A stretch of DNA of 64,000 bases from a miscellaneous Crenarchaeota group-6 archaeon AD8-1 (GTDB lineage Archaea > Thermoproteota > Bathyarchaeia > Bathyarchaeales > Bathycorpusculaceae), in assembly GCA_001273385.1 (NCBI GenBank), contig LFWW01000001.1, positions 57 to 64,056 on the forward strand. The letters run 5' to 3'. The translations under genes and the position numbers were made by a program. The notes below the pieces were generated by a model. It made no database searches. It was not told where the DNA came from and was given only the letters and a program-made list of their open reading frames with translations. Of the stretch, positions 19,044 to 27,203 are shown in pieces. Within the stretch, counting starts at the first letter, position 1. Each line of letters begins with the position of its first letter.

Positions 19044-19895
19044 ATGAATAAAATCCTTGGTATTTTTAGATTAATACGTCCAACCAACTGTCTTATGATG
19101 GGTTTTGCAGTTTTTGTTGGAATAATTCTAGCAAAAACAGACTTCTCGAATGTTCTTTTGGGTCAAATTATTTTTGGTTTTTTTACTGGTTTCTTTTTAA
19201 CAGCAGGCTCAATGATAATCAATGATTATTTTGATCGCAAAATTGATTTTATAAATGAACCATCCAGACCGATACCATCAGGACTTATTTCACCAAATGA
19301 AGCTCTATTTTTATTTTCTTTAGTTTCTTTAGTAGGATTTATTTTTGCTTATCTTACTAGTTATTGGTGTTTACTAGTTTCGATCATATCATGGATAGTA
19401 GTTGTTACATATGTAACAGTTGGGAAAAGAACTGGTTTATTTGGCAATTTTTTAGTTAGCATTTGTGTCGCAATTCCATTCCTATATGGAAGTATAATAG
19501 TACACAATAAGATCGTTTTACATGTTCTGATATTTGCTTTAATGGCTTTTCTCTCAAATACAGGAAGAGAGATAACAAAGGGGATAGTGGATATTGAAGG
19601 TGATAAAAAAGAAGGTGTTAAAACCCTTGCAGTTAGATATGGATCCAGGATTGCCGCAATAATAGCTGTACTTTTTTATCTTTTAGCTCTTTCATTAACT
19701 CCCGTTCCTATCTTTTTAGATTTAGTGTCTTTTTGGTTTATTCCATTTATAATAATCACTGATAGCGCATTTCTTATATCTTCCATCAGCCTTTTGAAAG
19801 ATTATTCTCGAGAAAATGCACGAAAAATAAAGAATATAATATTATTTTGTTTTACTCTAGGTCTACTAAGTTTCATAGCAGGTATAATATTATAA
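19044..19895 (+). CDS. UbiA-family prenyltransferase, likely digeranylgeranylglyceryl phosphate synthase
   Basis: Asp-rich motifs NDYFDRKIDFINEPSRPIPSG and DIEGDKKEG in a 9-TM protein. The ORF opens at TTG 19020. ATG 19044 (MNKILGIFRLIRPTNC) is preferred. Confidence 0.8.
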   Translation: MNKILGIFRLIRPTNCLMMGFAVFVGIILAKTDFSNVLLGQIIFGFFTGFFLTAGSMIINDYFDRKIDFINEPSRPIPSGLISPNEALFLFSLVSLVGFIFAYLTSYWCLLVSIISWIVVVTYVTVGKRTGLFGNFLVSICVAIPFLYGSIIVHNKIVLHVLIFALMAFLSNTGREITKGIVDIEGDKKEGVKTLAVRYGSRIAAIIAVLFYLLALSLTPVPIFLDLVSFWFIPFIIITDSAFLISSISLLKDYSRENARKIKNIILFCFTLGLLSFIAGIIL

Positions 19896-20042
19896 TTACT
19901 GAAGAAAATTATCCATTTATCTGTGTATATTTATTCTAGAATTGTTGGTTATTTTATTTTATATTGACTAATTTATTCTATTAAGTATTAATTGTATATC
20001 TTAGAATATTTTATGCATATTAGGAATTCATAAGTATGTTTG

Positions 20043-20723
20043 ATGAAGATTTTTGATGCGGCAATAAAAATGTCTGAACGTTTCACAAAAAAATGGGAAA
20101 AACCAAGAGAAAAAGATAACTATTTTATCAGAAATTTAAAAGATAGCGTAAAACCCCCCAAACCATTAAAACCTCGAATGGATTATGCGATAAAACGTTT
20201 AACTGTCCAAATTAGCAGATTAGATAAAACCGCAGATAGATTCAACAAAAAAGATAAATTACTTTTCAAGAGGATTGTTGATGCGTATGGTCAACACGAT
20301 TCTAGTAGAGCTAATATCTATGCAAGTGAGCTAGCTGAAGTTCGTAAAATGGAAAAACTTGTTATGAACTCAAAATTAGCTTTGGATCAAGTTCTTCTAA
20401 GGTTAGAAACAGTATCAGAATTTGGAGATATAGTCTCAACGTTAGGACCAGCTATAGGTGTCTTAAGAACTGTTGGAGCAGGAATCTCAGGTGTATTGCC
20501 GGAAGCAGCAAATGAACTCGGAGACATAGGCAACATGCTGAGTGGATTTATGTTTGATGTTGGACAGAGTTCTGGATTAAACATTAATTTTGACTCTGTA
20601 AATGAAGATGCTTCTAAAATACTGTCTGAAGCTGCTACTGTTGCAGAACAAAAAATAAATGCAAATCTTCCTAATCTACCCATTGATCTTCCAGGGGCTT
20701 TAAGAAAAGAAAGTACAAACTAA
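20043..20723 (+). CDS. ESCRT-III / Snf7-family (CdvB/CHMP-like) protein
   Basis: Helical protein with a basic N-terminal half and an acidic C-terminal half. Alpha2-like ANIYASELAEVRKMEKL. Proline-rich C-terminal NLPNLPIDLP (MIM2-like). Alternative starts at 20040 (TTG) and 20070 (ATG). Confidence 0.65.
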   Translation: MKIFDAAIKMSERFTKKWEKPREKDNYFIRNLKDSVKPPKPLKPRMDYAIKRLTVQISRLDKTADRFNKKDKLLFKRIVDAYGQHDSSRANIYASELAEVRKMEKLVMNSKLALDQVLLRLETVSEFGDIVSTLGPAIGVLRTVGAGISGVLPEAANELGDIGNMLSGFMFDVGQSSGLNINFDSVNEDASKILSEAATVAEQKINANLPNLPIDLPGALRKESTN

Positions 20724-20728
20724 TGCCC

Positions 20729-20746
20729 TTTTTTTTTAAAAAAAAA
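20729..20746 (+). terminator. Oligo-T tract (T9 followed by A9) after the ESCRT-III-like gene
   Basis: ccc-ttttttttt-aaaaaaaaa begins 3 nt after the stop codon. Archaeal termination commonly occurs at oligo-T. Confidence 0.4.
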
Positions 20747-21088
20747 TCACCATTTATTACTATGTTGGTTTCTATGATTGTTTATTCCTTTGTTTGAGTC
20801 GAATTTAATATTTTATTTATATGGGTTGAATTAATTGTAGCTTATTAAAATATAGTTAATCTGAATTTTTTTATCAATAGAACTTTTCTGTTTTGCATTT
20901 TTCTGTATATTTCAGATATTTTTTTGAGATTAGAGTTGCCGAATGTATTATGGAATGTTTATGTCTAATTTTTATACAAAAATTTGTTTATATATGTAAT
21001 ATTTTGTTAAGAAATTAAACGTTTATCCAAAACATTTAAATTATATTGCACATTAACATGGAGCATTAAAATCTAAAAGTGAGTATAA

Positions 21089-21859
21089 ATGAAAGAAGCA
21101 AAAGCACTTACAGTTGCTGAATTAGAGAGACAAAGGAAAATTGAATGGATTGATATGGGTATTGAAGGACTAACAGATTTCATTCCTGGTTTGCCAAAAG
21201 GCGATGCAATACTTGTAAGGGGTGAACCAGGAACCGGAAAAACTATTCTTTGTCTGCAATTTATCCATGCTGGAATAGAAAAAGGAGAAAAATGTGTCTA
21301 TATCAGTACAGAAGAAACTCCACAAACAATTATGAGAACAGGAAAAGAACTTTGGAGTGACTTCACAAATTACATTGATTCCAAAAAATTAGCTATAGTT
21401 GATCTTTCAATCAGCGCATCCTATGAAAGTGACTACGCACTTATCACTAAAGAAGAAGCAGTAGAAATGCTTGTCAAAGGATTAGATGCGCAACCTGGTG
21501 CATCTAGAATAGTTATGGATTCCCTCTCATCATTAGAAAGAAGACTTGTAGATCCTACTGACTTTAGAGAGGTTTTTATGAAACTTCTACTTGAAGTAAA
21601 AAAAAGAGCCGCAACAACCATCTTCTCTGCTGAAGGTATACCCACCTCACCAAACATCACAGAATATCTTGTTGATCATTTAATCTACCTCGATTACCAT
21701 AAACACGATGTAATCTGGACCAGAGTATTTATTCTAAGAAAATCAAGAAGCTGTCCATTAAAACCGCAAATATTAAAACTCAACATTGAAAGTGGTGGAC
21801 TATCTGTAGAAGAAATCCCGATATCATTAAAACCTGTTTGGTTCGCCAGCAAGCTTTAG
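21089..21859 (+). CDS. Single-domain KaiC-like / RecA-superfamily ATPase
   Basis: Walker A GEPGTGKTILCLQF, ISTEETP, Walker B-like IVMDSLS. 256 aa. Confidence 0.85.
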   Translation: MKEAKALTVAELERQRKIEWIDMGIEGLTDFIPGLPKGDAILVRGEPGTGKTILCLQFIHAGIEKGEKCVYISTEETPQTIMRTGKELWSDFTNYIDSKKLAIVDLSISASYESDYALITKEEAVEMLVKGLDAQPGASRIVMDSLSSLERRLVDPTDFREVFMKLLLEVKKRAATTIFSAEGIPTSPNITEYLVDHLIYLDYHKHDVIWTRVFILRKSRSCPLKPQILKLNIESGGLSVEEIPISLKPVWFASKL

Positions 21860-21871
21860 AGGGGATTTAAC

Positions 21872-23194
21872 GTGGTAACTCCTATCGATGAGACTTTTGC
21901 AGCTATCCAACAAACATTTGTTGTTGGCTGGGCGCCAGTAGCAATTCTAATTATGGCGACTGCAGGTTTTGCTTTATTATACGCTGGGATAGTAAGGAAG
22001 AAAAACGTAGCCCACACCATAGTTATGCTAAACATAGGGTGGACTATGGCTTTTCTTGTATATTTCTTAATTGGGTTTCCACTATCATACTATCATACTG
22101 CCCCTGTGTTTGGGGTGCCTCAGACTATTCCTACTATTGCTAATCCATTACCGTCAGCCCTTTCAGCTACAGGAGCTTATGGGTTACCCCCAAGTCCTTC
22201 TGGATTCGGAGATCTAGCAAACTGGTTTAAGATGGCAATGTTTGCGATTACCACAATAGCAATAATTCCTGGAGCAACTGCTGAAAGAGACAAACTATGG
22301 GGTTGGATAATAGGATCAACTGTTATTGTTGGACTTCTGTATCCTATGGTTGAGCACTGGATTTGGGGTGGTGGATGGTTAAGTGATATAGGATTTATAG
22401 ATTACGCTGGATCAGGAGTTGTACATCTCACTGGAGGAATGTTTGCTCTAATGGCAGCCTATATAATTGGTCCAAGAACAGGCAAATTCGGAGGCAAAAA
22501 TAAAGAACCCAGAGCTTTCTTTGGTCACAGTTTACCCCTATCTACAATTGGTGCTTGGCTTTTAGTGTTTGGTTGGTTCGGATTTAACGTAGGTTCAAGC
22601 GTAGCAACCGATCCTCAAACAATTAACGTAGAACTTGCATGGGTAGCTGTAACAACCGCGATGGCAATGGCTGGCGGGCTATTTGGAGCTGCAATAACTT
22701 CAAGAGGACATGCGCTAACCTCAATGGCTGGCTTATTAGCGGGAGCCGTTTCAATTTGTGCAGGAGCCACTATGATGCATCCAATTTTTGCATTTATAAC
22801 AGGATTAATAGCAGGATTGATAATGACATTTGTTCAAGGACTATTAGAACATAAGCTACATATTGATGACCCAGCTGTGTGTGTTCCAGTGCATGCAGCT
22901 TGTGGAGTTTGGGGTTTAATGGCAGCAGGCCTTTTTGGAACAACGTTCCTAGGTGGTCATCCACTATTAGCTACTAATACAGTTGGAGCATGGCTAACTC
23001 AGATTGGTATACAAACAGTTGGTGCACTAGGTATCATAGCCTTCACTGCAGTTACTGGATTTGGGTTATTCTGGGTTATTAACAAAATGGGACTACTAAG
23101 AGCTGAAAAAGACTCAGAACTATTTGGCTTGGACATTGCTGATCATAAAACATACGCATATCCAGAAGAGATGATGGATAAAGACTTTCCATGA
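21872..23194 (+). CDS. amt: Ammonium transporter Amt
   Basis: AGSGVVHLTGGMFALMAAYIIGPR, FGWFGFN, about 11 TM helices. GTG start 12 nt after the KaiC-like stop, preceded by GAGGGG. Confidence 0.95.
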   Translation: MVTPIDETFAAIQQTFVVGWAPVAILIMATAGFALLYAGIVRKKNVAHTIVMLNIGWTMAFLVYFLIGFPLSYYHTAPVFGVPQTIPTIANPLPSALSATGAYGLPPSPSGFGDLANWFKMAMFAITTIAIIPGATAERDKLWGWIIGSTVIVGLLYPMVEHWIWGGGWLSDIGFIDYAGSGVVHLTGGMFALMAAYIIGPRTGKFGGKNKEPRAFFGHSLPLSTIGAWLLVFGWFGFNVGSSVATDPQTINVELAWVAVTTAMAMAGGLFGAAITSRGHALTSMAGLLAGAVSICAGATMMHPIFAFITGLIAGLIMTFVQGLLEHKLHIDDPAVCVPVHAACGVWGLMAAGLFGTTFLGGHPLLATNTVGAWLTQIGIQTVGALGIIAFTAVTGFGLFWVINKMGLLRAEKDSELFGLDIADHKTYAYPEEMMDKDFP

Positions 23195-23213
23195 TTAAAA
23201 CAGGTGAAAAAAT

Positions 23214-23330
23214 GTGTCAGAGTTAAAAACTGCTCTTGAAGAAATTGAAAAACTAAAGAAGAGAGTATACGAACTTGAACTTCAAATAGCCAAAATAAAA
23301 ATGAAACTTAGTGGCAAAAAATGGCTATAA
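23214..23330 (+). CDS. Putative 38-aa coiled-coil micro-protein
   Basis: GTG start 6 nt after AGGTGA and 20 nt after the amt stop. Translates to VSELKTALEEIEKLKKRVYELELQIAKIKMKLSGKKWL. An oligo-T tract follows. It falls below the ORF-track length cutoff. Confidence 0.35.
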   Translation: MSELKTALEEIEKLKKRVYELELQIAKIKMKLSGKKWL

Positions 23331-23463
23331 TAAAACAAGTTCACAAAATCCCCTACTTTTTTTATATTTATTAAAATTTTACATTAGCTATTTGAGCTAG
23401 AAATAGAATTAAAATTATTGACTATTTTTTTTGAGTTATGTACCAATAATTGGACTTTTGTGC

Positions 23464-24420
23464 CTAGAACGAAATAATCAATCCGACAAGCAAAATAGCG
23501 AATAAAACTATCAATATCTCTAATGCTCTTTTATTTATTGTCATTAAATCCACATCTTTTTTCTTGGTTTGGAGGTACATAATATACGCAACCGCTGTCA
23601 GTATATATAAAAAGACCAAATCCAGAACTAACATTATCTTATCAGAAAAAGTAAGATAATCCCTTGGAGGCAAACCCGACAACAACGCAAAATGGAAAGT
23701 TATAGTTGACAACAAGATCACAGACACCAAAGCTAATCTTTGACCTGATTCTTCAATTGGAACCAAAAAAGCCAACATGGCCATAACCGCAAAGATAGCC
23801 AGAGGTAATATGTTTTTGATGATTCCTGACAACCAAGGTCTACTAATATCAATACCAAAAATAAATCTGGAATAACTATTATCGAAATACGCTTTTTCAC
23901 TTATTTCTGTTTTATAATCACCTAGCTCCCAACCAGCAATATTGACACTCTCATCAACTTTTATCTTGGAACCAACCTTGTATGAGACAAATGAGGAGTT
24001 AAAACCAGAATATTCAATAATTATTTCGAGAGTGTGAGTTTCAAATGGATACCTTTGGATATCAAAATTCTTGGTGAAAGCTCCAATAACTTGGTAAATC
24101 AAGACTCCTTCTTGTTCATTCGCTTCTACCTCATTTATCGATAAGTCGATATCGATGATTGCAATATTTACTATTGTGAACTTTCTTACTTGATCTAAGC
24201 TTATTTCTGACGGATTAAATTCAAAAAGCAAGTAGAAATCCATATTAAAACTGCTTGAAGCCAAATCTACACCTTTTATGTCAGAAACCCACATTCCCAC
24301 CTCAATAATAGTGTTTTCTGCTGGTTGATCCTGAGCGCAAACGGCTCCATGAATCGAACCCAACAAAGAAAACAGCAAAACAATTACGGTTATTAGTTTA
24401 ATGTGGTTCACTTCTTGCAC
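23464..24420 (-). CDS. Pentameric ligand-gated ion channel (Cys-loop receptor superfamily, prokaryotic GLIC/ELIC-like)
   Basis: Signal peptide, then a ~200-aa beta-rich ectodomain with NMDFYLLFEF and the loop motif RYPFETHTLEIIIE. Four C-terminal TM helices follow, with a short M3-M4 loop. M2 reads RLALVSVILLSTITFHFALLSGLP. Confidence 0.75.
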   Translation of the reverse strand: MQEVNHIKLITVIVLLFSLLGSIHGAVCAQDQPAENTIIEVGMWVSDIKGVDLASSSFNMDFYLLFEFNPSEISLDQVRKFTIVNIAIIDIDLSINEVEANEQEGVLIYQVIGAFTKNFDIQRYPFETHTLEIIIEYSGFNSSFVSYKVGSKIKVDESVNIAGWELGDYKTEISEKAYFDNSYSRFIFGIDISRPWLSGIIKNILPLAIFAVMAMLAFLVPIEESGQRLALVSVILLSTITFHFALLSGLPPRDYLTFSDKIMLVLDLVFLYILTAVAYIMYLQTKKKDVDLMTINKRALEILIVLFAILLVGLIISF

Positions 24421-24599
24421 ACGCTTCCGCTTATTATTAGCTTTTAAAACTTATGATATAAAGATTTTACTGAGTATACTTTCTTTAAGAATTTTTTTCA
24501 ATATCTAAATAGCAATTTGACATTTATTTTTAGAACACTTTCGTACTAATAATTGGACTTATAAGTCTCTCATCTTGAATTATAAATATAAAATTATAG

Positions 24600-25052
24600 A
24601 TGTTAAAAATGGCTGATGAAGATAAGCTTGAATATTCTCTTAAAGGAAAAGCTTGGAAAGTCTATTGGTTGCTTTTAAAAACTGGTAGACCTATGAGTGT
24701 TCGTGAAGTTCAACGCAAATTAAGATTTAGTAGTCCAAGTATAGCTAATCATCATCTTGAACAGCTCAGTGATCTTAAATTAGTGCAAAAACAAGAAGTT
24801 GGGGGTCAATATACCTTAGTAGGTGAAGTAAAAATAGGTGTTCTGAGACATTATGTAAAACTTGGAAAATTATTATTTCCAAGATACTTTTTTTATGCCG
24901 TTTTTTGTAGTATTTTTTATTTATTATTCATTTTTTTTCTAGTCCGTGACTTTTTTGTGCGAGAAAACCTATTTATTTTATTTTTTGGAGCAATAGTTTG
25001 CATAATTTTTTGGTATGAGGCTTATCGTGTTTGGTCTATGCGGCCGTTCTAA
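24600..25052 (+). CDS. Membrane-anchored winged-helix (ArsR-like) transcription regulator
   Basis: wHTH MSVREVQRKLRFSSPSIANHHLEQLSDLKLV followed by two hydrophobic helices. Confidence 0.65.
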   Translation: MLKMADEDKLEYSLKGKAWKVYWLLLKTGRPMSVREVQRKLRFSSPSIANHHLEQLSDLKLVQKQEVGGQYTLVGEVKIGVLRHYVKLGKLLFPRYFFYAVFCSIFYLLFIFFLVRDFFVRENLFILFFGAIVCIIFWYEAYRVWSMRPF

Positions 25053-25096
25053 AAAATAGAACAAGATGTTCCATTACTTAGGATAATATAAGGTGC

Positions 25097-27043
25097 TTGC
25101 CTATAGTAACCAGTGTGCTTATGATGGTTCAAAGAGAAATTAAACGAAAAACAAGAACTTACGGTACAATTGCTTTTCTTTCAGCTACAATTTTAGTTTC
25201 TTTGATTTATGTTTTTGGAACAGTACCTGGACTTTTTCCACCAGATGTTTTTCCTTCTGTTTTAGCTATGGAAAATTTCAACTCTTATGATGAACTCAAG
25301 AATTTCTTAGTTGCCAACACAAAAGACGGATCTGCTTACTATTTTGGCGGAGGTCCGTTGGATATCCAATTTTTTGATTCTACCAGAACCGGTTCTTTTT
25401 GGTCAGAGACAACAGGCCCTCCAACTCCAGTACCGGCTCCAAGGGGTGACACAGATTTTAGTTCCTCTCAAAACTCTTATTCTACAACAAATGTTCAAGT
25501 TTCCGGGGTCGATGAATCTGATATTGTAAAAACTGATGGGAAATACATCTATGTTGCAACAAGAAACTATTACCCAACAATCCAAAATAGTATATACATA
25601 GTAAAAGCCGATCCTCAAGATCCGAGAGTAATTGCTGAAATTAATCTTGATAATGACACATACATCGCTGGTCTTTTCTTAAGCCAAGATACAAATAAAC
25701 TTGTAGTAATAGGAAGTGAATACACACTCTACGATACTATAGAACCCAGATCAGATCTTACTGTATATCCCTATTTCGGTAATATTCATACAATAATAAA
25801 TGTCTATGATATTTCAGACAAAGCCCACCCAATAATAGTTAGAGATCTTACATTAAGTGGAAGTTATTTCAACTCAAGAATGATCGACAACTACTTGTAC
25901 GCAGTAGTTAGTCAACCTGCCTATAACGTTTATGAAGATGAAGTTTTTCTTCCACAGGTTACTGAACAATCAATATCTGAAAAGGTTCCACCTGAACGAA
26001 TTTACTACACCGACACAGTAGACACATACTTTACTTTCACAACTTTTGTTGGCGTAAACGTGTTGGATGATTTTGAACAAATTAGCAATATGACAATACT
26101 AATGGGAGGCAGCAGTACAATGTATGTTTCAACAAATAATCTATATGTGACTTATTCAACATGGAATAATGGTCAATATACATCAATTTATCGTGTGAGT
26201 ATTGATGCAAGTTCATTAACATTTGAATCCAAAGGCAGTGTTCCAGGATATGTTCTTAACCAATATTCAATGGATGAATATAATGGCTATTTCAGGATAG
26301 CTACAACCTGGCAGAATGATACCCAAGTTAACAATCTTTATGTTTTAAATATTAACATGTCATTGGTTGGAAAATTGGAAAACTTAGCTGAAAATGAACG
26401 CATCTACTCTGTAAGATTCATAGGTGATAAAAGCTATATGGTTACTTTTCGACAGATAGATCCCTTTTTTGTAATAGATCTTAGCAATCCAAATGAACCC
26501 AAAGTCGCAGGTGAACTAAAAATACCAGGATACTCTAGCTATCTTCATCCATATGATCAAAACCATATGATAGGTTTGGGAAAAGAAGAAAACAATATAA
26601 AGCTGTCACTTTTTGATGTCATAAATCCAAATAATCCACAAGAAATAACAAAATATCTTATTGAAGGCGACTGGACAGATTCTCAAGCATTATATGACCC
26701 AAAGGCATTCTTATTTAGTAAGGAAAAACAACTCTTGGTGCTTCCAATTTCAATAACAAATTATGGTCCAATAGAAATTAAAGAAAATGATACATTTGTT
26801 CAACAAGCTGGTTTTTGGGAGGGCGTTTATGTTTTCAATTCATCTTCAAAAGAATTTATTCTAAGAGGAACAATAACACACAGTGAAAATATGACGGATA
26901 TCAACTACTACTGGCCGGATTCAGGTAACACAATCAATCGCGCAATTTACATCGACAATTATCTTTATACAGTATCAAACCTTAAGATAAGAATCTCCAA
27001 CTTGGAAACATTGGCTTTCATAGAGGAAGTACAACTAAGCTAG
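25097..27043 (+). CDS. Secreted/anchored beta-propeller domain protein (COG4880-like)
   Basis: N-terminal TM anchor, TNVQVSGVDESDIVKTDGKYIYV signature, repeated beta-strand blades, DPFFVIDLSNP. An ATG at 25121 is an alternative start. Confidence 0.8.
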   Translation: MPIVTSVLMMVQREIKRKTRTYGTIAFLSATILVSLIYVFGTVPGLFPPDVFPSVLAMENFNSYDELKNFLVANTKDGSAYYFGGGPLDIQFFDSTRTGSFWSETTGPPTPVPAPRGDTDFSSSQNSYSTTNVQVSGVDESDIVKTDGKYIYVATRNYYPTIQNSIYIVKADPQDPRVIAEINLDNDTYIAGLFLSQDTNKLVVIGSEYTLYDTIEPRSDLTVYPYFGNIHTIINVYDISDKAHPIIVRDLTLSGSYFNSRMIDNYLYAVVSQPAYNVYEDEVFLPQVTEQSISEKVPPERIYYTDTVDTYFTFTTFVGVNVLDDFEQISNMTILMGGSSTMYVSTNNLYVTYSTWNNGQYTSIYRVSIDASSLTFESKGSVPGYVLNQYSMDEYNGYFRIATTWQNDTQVNNLYVLNINMSLVGKLENLAENERIYSVRFIGDKSYMVTFRQIDPFFVIDLSNPNEPKVAGELKIPGYSSYLHPYDQNHMIGLGKEENNIKLSLFDVINPNNPQEITKYLIEGDWTDSQALYDPKAFLFSKEKQLLVLPISITNYGPIEIKENDTFVQQAGFWEGVYVFNSSSKEFILRGTITHSENMTDINYYWPDSGNTINRAIYIDNYLYTVSNLKIRISNLETLAFIEEVQLS

Positions 27044-27203
27044 ACTTAATTAATACTAAGTTTGGCTTCTCTGCTTTTTTTCTTGAAAATTTTTTTTAAT
27101 TGTTTTTACAAATTGAAGGCTCTTTGATTAGAGAGATTTAAATCCACTAATAGATAGTGATTTAGATCTAAAGATTATATATTAAGAAAAAAGGTTGAGA
27201 CTT

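Noticed and set aside
20041-20085. TGATGA ... CTGA pair at the start of the ESCRT-III-like ORF that resembles C and D boxes
   Set aside because: The boxes are only 26 nt apart, which is too short for a two-guide archaeal C/D sRNA. The flanks do not pair. The segment overlaps the probable start of a CDS.
20724-21088. Long AT-rich spacers (20724-21088, 35218-35537, 9693-10194) as possible replication origins
   Set aside because: No orc1/cdc6 gene is adjacent. I could not find repeated ORB or mini-ORB-like elements. I saw only trivial short repeats such as ttttctgt x2 and taatccc x2. They fit divergent or stand-alone promoter regions.
21872-23194. Elevated G+C (about 40-45%) in the amt gene as a sign of horizontal transfer
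   Set aside because: The Gly/Ala/Trp-rich amino-acid composition of a conserved polytopic transporter explains it. The flanking co-transcribed genes have host-like composition.
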